25,125 nt of DNA, taken from positions 1 to 25,125 of the forward strand of contig NW_021836119.1 in assembly GCF_006345805.1 (NCBI RefSeq). Direction: 5' to 3'. This DNA is from Octopus sinensis (taxonomy: Eukaryota). The translations under genes and the position numbers were made by a program. This document shows positions 19,791-25,125 of this stretch, piece by piece (within the stretch, counting starts at the first letter, position 1; each line of letters starts with the position of its first letter). The notes under the pieces were generated by a model. The model had not been told where the DNA came from and did no database searches. It saw only the letters and a list, made by a program, of their open reading frames with translations.

Positions 19791-19990
19791 ACGTTAGCAC
19801 GCCGGGCGAAATGCTTAGCTGTCGCTATGTTCTGAGTTCAAATTCCGCCGAGGTCGACTTTGCCTTTCATCCTTTCGGGGTCGATTAAATAAGTACCAGT
19901 CACGCACTGGGGTCGATATATAATCGACTTAATCCGTTTGTCTGCCCTTGTTTGTCCCCTTTGTGTAGCCCCTTGTGGGCAATAAAGAAA
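19791..19990 (+). mobile_element. S2 SINE with tail B, 5'-truncated
   Basis: ACGTTAGCACGCCGGGCGAAATGC...GCCCCTTGTGGGCAATAAAGAAA. Confidence 0.9.
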
Positions 19991-20004
19991 TCATCATCAT
20001 TTTA

Positions 20005-20059
<55 letters not shown>

Positions 20060-20531
20060 TATTATTTCAGATTGTTGCCGCTCTATAAGTTAATGAAAAT
20101 AAAAAAAATTTTTGAAATTTTGCCCGTTTACAGATTTGTGATGTCTTTTTTTTTTTAAATATTTATTTGGATTCCACCATTACTGCAGAATCGATGCTAC
20201 TGTAAAATGGGACTTATTTGTTCCCTTCTGCTTCTCTCCTCTTTGGGATTATAAATAATTTTGAAATGTAAGAGAAAATACAAATATATATTATATATAT
20301 ATATATATATAATATATAAAATAATAATTAATTCACCAAATGTCTACCAAATTTCAAACATGACGTGAATGTTGACAGGCTGTCGACAGGAGGGAGCGAA
20401 GTAGGAGGGGATTCCAAAAGAAAGCAGGAGGAGGAGGAGGAAGAGGAGACCTCACATTATCTACTTCCACCAGTGATGACTTCGTCTCTTCCACTTACTA
20501 ACACAATAACGGCAACAGCAGCAGCAACAAT

Positions 20532-20883
20532 AGTAGAGGCGCAATGGCCCAATGGTTAGGGCAGCGGACTCGCGGTTTCAATTCCCAGACCGGGCGTTGT
20601 GTGTGTTTATTGAGCGAAAACACCTCAAAGCTCCACGAGGCTCCGGCAGGGGGTGGTGGCGACCCCCTGTTGTACTCTTTCGCCCCCAACATTCTCTCAC
20701 TCTTTCTTCCTCTTTCTTGTCCACGACTTCCTACGCAGCCGCTGAGCCTGGATGCGCATTCATCCATCCGTCGATGCTCTCGGTGTCGGGGGTTGACCTG
20801 CTTTCTCTTCTGAGAATAGCAAAGGACCACGTTTCGGACTTCTCCCATCTTGCGAGCTCTGGGACGAAGATCGTTCGCTCAGC
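20532..20883 (+). mobile_element. S3 SINE, tail type 1
   Basis: AGTAGAGGCGCAATGGCCCAATGGTTAGGGCAGCGG...GGTTTCAATTCCC...GGATGCGCATTCATCC...TTCGCTCAGC plus a (CAG/CAA)n tail. Homologous to 14325-14698. Confidence 0.92.
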
Positions 20884-21057
20884 AGCAACAGCAACAGCAG
20901 CAGCAGCAACAACAACAACAACAACAACAACAACATCTACTACTACTACTACTACTACTACTATACTACTACTACTACTACTACTACCACTACTACTACT
21001 AGTACCTCCACCTCGTGGAAAAGGATGTTTAATGCAGTTTCGTTAAGAATACATACC

Positions 21058-21470
21058 TTGTCCCTCCGTCGTTGTCGACGATGACTAAAGACATCTAAAT
21101 GGAGAAGAAAATGGTGCATGGTGCGGAACGGCTCTGGCCGATCACTCCGACGCCATCTTGGAACGGAAGACTCTGCCGCAAATCGGGCGCCGGTAGTCTG
21201 CCGGGACTGAAGGCAAGAAGTCGGCTCTGGACTTGCGTAGTTCTTTGTACTGCAATCCTGTTCTGTTCTTGGAAGGTGGCACCTCTGTTGGTGCAGCCTC
21301 ATCCGGCAGGGAGGTCATCGGCTTGTGTTCCCAGGTGTCGGGATTGATCTCAAAGCTCTTCAGAGAGAGCCTTTGAGTGTATCATTGAAGAGCTTTTTCA
21401 GCCCACTTTACATACACCTGTTTTCTGCTAGTTCACTATAAAACAATCCCTTGGGAGTCGTGTGTCTATC
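21058..21470 (-). mobile_element. RTE-clade LINE 3' fragment (ORF2 C-terminus pseudogene plus short 3' UTR)
   Basis: Minus strand, across frameshifts: PKGLFYSELAE...LKKLFNDTLK.SL.SFEINPDTWE...GATFQEQNRI...RPICGRVFRSK. This matches the RTE/BovB-type C-terminal pattern (LLYGEL..G.R...KRFKD.LK.SLK...W...C..CGR.F). 3' UTR GTCATCGTCGACAACGACGGA. Confidence 0.8.
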
Positions 21471-21475
21471 CAGAG

Positions 21476-21805
21476 CAGTGGTTCTCAACCGGAGTCCATA
21501 GAGCCCCCGAGGCTTCATATAAAATTTTGGGGAGTCTACGCAATAAAATAGTAAATCGAAGATCTACAAAAATATTTTAACAGCCTCAGAAAAGATTTTG
21601 TTTTAGGTGTATGTATTCTTATGTATTGCAAGAAATATCTAGATTTCTTTCTCTAGCATTTTATATAATTCATGGTGTGAAAAACAAAATAGGAATTTTG
21701 AAAGAAGTATTTGTAGTTTTTAAACATCAAATGGTTATGGGGGACCACCAGAATAAAATAGCAATGAAAGGGGCCCATGGATAAAAAAATGGTTGAGAAC
21801 TCCTG
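21476..21805 (+). mobile_element. hAT/Charlie-like MITE (element A, 330 bp)
   Basis: TIRs CAGTGGTTCTCAACC and GGTTGAGAACTCCTG. The 8-bp flanks ATCCAGAG and CTTTAGAT both resemble the NTCTAGAN Charlie target but are not identical to each other. Confidence 0.85.
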
Positions 21806-21808
21806 CTT

Positions 21809-21994
21809 TAGATGTATGTATTGGTATGTATTGTAAGAAACAGTTAGATCTCTTTCTCTAACATTTTGTAGAGTTCAGCCTACACAAATTAATGTGTGAA
21901 AAACAAAATAGGAATTTAAAAGAAATTTCTATAAAACTTTTGTGGTCCACCAAAATAAATTAGTAATCATATAAAAAATGGTTGAGAACTCCTG
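21809..21994 (+). mobile_element. Tandem partial duplicate of the 3' part of MITE A
   Basis: TTAGATGTATG...AAACAAAATAGGAATTT...AAAAAATGGTTGAGAACTCCTG repeats 21603-21805. Confidence 0.85.
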
Positions 21995-22002
21995 ATCTAG
22001 AT

Positions 22003-22797
22003 CAAGGATTCTCAACCATTTTTTTTTTTTACCAATGGAGCCTTTTATCTACTAATCTTTTCTGGTGAACCTGGAAAGCCATTCGATGTTTAAAAACTAG
22101 TTTTATAGATAATGCTTTCAAAATTCCTGTTTTGTTCCTCACACATTCACTTGTGTAAGTTTGCAATAGCACTCACGAAGGGAACAATGGTAAGAATGCT
22201 TCAATGGCTGGACGCATGTTGAACTATGTAAAACGCTAGAGAAAGAAACCGAGTTGCTTCTTGCAATAGATACATCTATAGGCGCAGGAGTGGATGTGTT
22301 GTAAGTAACTTACTTACCGATCACATGGTTCCAGGTTCAGTCCCACTGCGTGGTACACCTTGGGCAAGTGTCTTCTACTATAGCCTCTGGCCGACCAAAG
22401 CCTTGTGAGTGGATTTAGTAGACGGAAACTGAAAGAAGCCCGTCGTATATATCTGTATCTATATATATATATATGTATGTGTGTGTATATAAATGTTTGT
22501 GTGTCTGTGTTTGTCCCCCAAATATCGCTTGACGACCGATGCTGGTGTGTCTACGTCCCCGTTACTTAGCGGTTCGGCAAAAGAGACCGATAGAATATGT
22601 ACTAGGCTTCCAAAGAATAAGTCCTGGGGTCGATTTGCTCGACTAAAGGCGGTGCTCCAGCATGGCCAAAGCCAAATGACTAAAACAAGTAAAAGAGTAA
22701 TGTAAATTTTTTTGCATGAACCCTTAAAATATTACCAAGGATCCCCAATTTTTCCCTCTTTGCTTGTATGGATCCCCTAAAATCTCATATGAACCGT

Positions 22798-22800
<3 letters not shown>
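22003..22800 (-). mobile_element. Same-family hAT MITE in opposite orientation (element B), interrupted by an S1 SINE
   Basis: TIR CAAGGATTCTCAACC at 22003. The reverse complements of 22225-22278 and 22698-22800 align with MITE A (ATTGCAAGAA..TTTCTTTCTCTAGC; TTCATAT.A.ATTTT.GGG). Confidence 0.75.
22279..22697 (+). mobile_element. S1 SINE, complete bipartite copy
   Basis: GGCGCAGGAGTGGATGTGTTG (A-box-like), GGTTCAGTCCC (B box), CACCTTGGGCAAGTGTCTT (CORE-like), (TA/TG)n spacer, and a 3' half ending GGTGCTCCAGCATGG...AACAAGTAAAAGAG. Confidence 0.93.

Positions 22801-22846
<46 letters not shown>
22800..22846. repeat. (AG)n microsatellite
   Basis: Pure AG run, apparently expanded from the CTCT motif of the MITE. 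Confidence 0.95.
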
Positions 22847-22849
<3 letters not shown>

Positions 22850-22955
22850 AAAAACCTAACTGTTTCTTGCAGTAAATACATCTAATGCAAAATTTTTTCA
22901 GGGACCCTTAAAATACTGTTGTGGATCCAAATATATGGCACCCTGGTTATAACAC
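22846..22955 (-). mobile_element. Further fragment of the hAT MITE family
   Basis: Reverse complement TTAGATGTATTTACTGCAAGAAACAGTTAGGTTTTTCTTTCTCT matches 21809-21855. Confidence 0.65.
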
Positions 22956-23036
22956 GACTTGAACTTCTAACTTGTCTCTTGAGGTGTCTGCATGAGACTT
23001 GGAGTCAACTTGTACAAAAACAAAGCAAAGTCAAGC

Positions 23037-23039
<3 letters not shown>

Positions 23040-23105
<66 letters not shown>

Positions 23106-23198
23106 TCCTTTCTATTGTAGACACAAGGCCTGAAATTTTTTTTGGGGGGGGTGATAGTCGATTACATCGACTCCAGTACTCCACTGGTACTTATTTTT
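23040..23198 (-). mobile_element. S2 SINE 3' fragment (A-type tail) with (ATT)n tail
   Basis: Reverse complement AATAAGTACCAG..CTGGAGTCGATGTAATCGAC..AAATTTCAGGCCTTGTGTCTACAATAGAAAGG plus (ATT)n (23040-23103). Confidence 0.85.
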
Positions 23199-23202
23199 TC
23201 GT

Positions 23203-23386
23203 TGCCCCAACATCGCTTGACAACCAATGCTGGTGTGTTTACATCCGAATAACTTAGCGGTTCGGCAAAAAAAAACCTATAGAGTAAGTACTAGGCTTAC
23301 TAAGAATAAGTCCTGGTGTCGATTTGCTCGACTAAAGGCGGTGCTCCAGCATGGTCACAGTCAAATGACTGAAACGAGTAAAGAGA
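23203..23386 (+). mobile_element. S1 SINE, 3' half
   Basis: CCCCAACATCGCTTGACAACC...GGTGCTCCAGCATGGTCACAGTCAAATGACTGAAACGAGTAAAAGAG. Confidence 0.9.
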
Positions 23387-23391
23387 TGTAC

Positions 23392-23422
<31 letters not shown>

Positions 23423-23463
23423 TGTATGCATGTATGTATGCATGTATGTATGTATGTATGTAT
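23387..23463. repeat. (TATG)n microsatellite
   Basis: Near-pure TATG run. Confidence 0.95.
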
Positions 23464-24259
23464 TAAAATTTAATGAGTTCGACCTAGATTGCTGAGTGCT
23501 GTAAAACAGCCGCTAGAAGAAAGCCCCGAAAGAAGCAAGAGAATGATTCGAAGTATAGAGGGAAGAATTTTACGTTTAAGAAGATAACATGGAAAATACA
23601 AGTAAAAACAAAGCAGGAGTCGAAAGTAAAAGAAGACGAATAACTACTTTAAAAAAGGAGAAAAAATAAGTTTTGAAAAATGTGGTGGAAGCACAAGAAA
23701 GAAGGTTAATTGCTGAAGGTAGATTTAAGGGTTTTTAGTGCCGAACGAAGTAAAGCAAATGGTATGAATGAAAGACAAAGAAATGCAAATATTATTCAAA
23801 ATGGAAGAAGTGAAAGAGTTCTAACTAAAAGAACTAGCAACAATAGTTTTTCAGGAAGTAAATTTACTGCGCCATTTATCTGGGCCAATGAATATTGATT
23901 AGCAATCTTGTAGTGGCGAATATCTTCTCTTTATTTTTAACAGACCGTCACTCTGATTGTAAATTCTGTAGCTACTGTCACAAATGGTGGAATAATATTA
24001 CGTAACTGAAGAAAGGCATTACCATATTTTCGTAATTTAATGAGCAACCTAAAATATCCCAATTACAAAAAAAAAAACACACCAAAAAAACAAAAGAAAA
24101 CAAAAAGAAAACAAAAAAAAGCCCTTCATAGATAACATTAGATTAGTTCTTCCCTTTGCTTCATTGGGAACTCACATATCTGATATTAAGTACCCTGGGT
24201 AATATTTGTTTCGCATTCTTGGTAAATGTACCATAGCGTCACAATATACAGGGCGGGTG

Positions 24260-25125
24260 GGCGGCGAGCTGGCAGAAACGTTAACACGCCGGGCGAAGTG
24301 CTTAGCGGTATTTCGTCTGTCTTTATGTTCTGAGTTCAAATTCCGCCGAGGTCGACTTTGCCTTTCATCCTTTAGGGGTCGATAAATTAAATGCCAGTTA
24401 CGTACTGAATTCGATTTAATCGACTGGCCCCCTTTCCCAAAATTTCGGGCCTTGTGCCTAGAGTAGAAAAGAAATGCTTAGGGGTATTTCGTCTGTCTTT
24501 ACGTTCTGAGTTCAAATTCCGCCTTGTTGACTTTGCCTTTCATCCTTTCGGTGTCGATTAAATGAGTACCAGTTACGCACTGGGGTCGATATAATCGACT
24601 TAATCCGTGTGTCTGTCCTTGTTTGTCCCCTCTGTGTGTAGCCCCTTGTGAGTAGTAAAGAAATAGGTATTTCGTCCATCTTTATGTTTTGAGTTCAAAT
24701 TCCGCCGAAGTCGACTTTACCTTTCATCCTTTCGGGATCGATAAATTAAGTACCAGTTGCGTATTGGAGTCGATATAATCGACTGGCCCCCTCCCCCAAA
24801 ATTTCGGGCTTGTGCCTAGAGTAGAAAGAAATGCTTAGCGGTATTTCGTCTCAAGCTACGTTCTGAGTTCAAATTCCGCCGGAGGTCGACTTTGCCTTTC
24901 ACCCTTTCAGGATCGATAAATTAAATACCAGTTACACACTGGGGTCACTGTAATCGATTTAATCCGTTTGTCTGTCCTTGTTTGTCCTCTCTATGTTTAG
25001 CCTCTTGTGGGCAATAAAGAAATAAACGTCACACGCCGGGCGAAGTACTTAGCGGTATTTCGTCTGTCGTACGTTCTGAGTTCAAATTCCGCCGAGGTCG
25101 ACTTTGCCTTTCATCCTTTCGAGGT
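24260..25125 (+). mobile_element. S2 SINE tandem array, at least 5 units (tails A-B-A-B-?), runs off the window end
   Basis: Full head at 24260. Unit junctions at about 24471-24474, 24666-24668, 24828-24831 and 25024-25026. Each unit carries GAGTTCAAATTCCGCC and the CCTTTCATCCTTT body. Confidence 0.94.

Noticed and set aside
1-25125. Long ORFs in the supplied track (poly-H/I/V/G/P/T/Y, including 12914-13876 at 320 aa, 14054-14563, 7208-7732 and 3895-4362)
   Set aside because: They are translations of microsatellites or SINE bodies that lack stops in some frames. No domain content.

Overview
Eukaryotic, repeat-saturated non-coding DNA. The SINE families match sequences I recall from octopus genomes, so Octopus (cephalopod) is inferred, not verified. 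I can support no intact host protein-coding gene, and nearly all ORFs in the supplied track are microsatellite translations. The window is a mosaic of long simple-repeat tracts and transposon relics. DNA transposons: two mariner relics, a DD37D/maT-type Tc1/mariner transposase pseudogene, a hAT/Charlie-like MITE cluster and fold-back MITEs. Retroelements: 3' fragments of an L1/Tx1-like LINE and an RTE LINE, plus about 25 copies or fragments of three tRNA-derived SINE families. I label these S1 (bipartite, CORE-like), S2 (GGCGGCGAGCTGG head, forms arrays) and S3 (tRNA-like head with interchangeable tails). Most interesting: (i) two copies of a minimal dimer-type hammerhead-like motif sharing an A6U core variant, in a Penelope-like element nested inside S1 SINEs; (ii) a 103-bp palindrome carrying a hammerhead-like core; (iii) an S2 SINE tail that resembles the 3' end of the L1/Tx1 LINE in the same window; (iv) modular tail swapping and microhomology-joined SINE arrays; (v) a mariner derivative with two 5' ends. 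All calls were read by eye and coordinates of degenerate ends are approximate. I cannot establish novelty without database searches.
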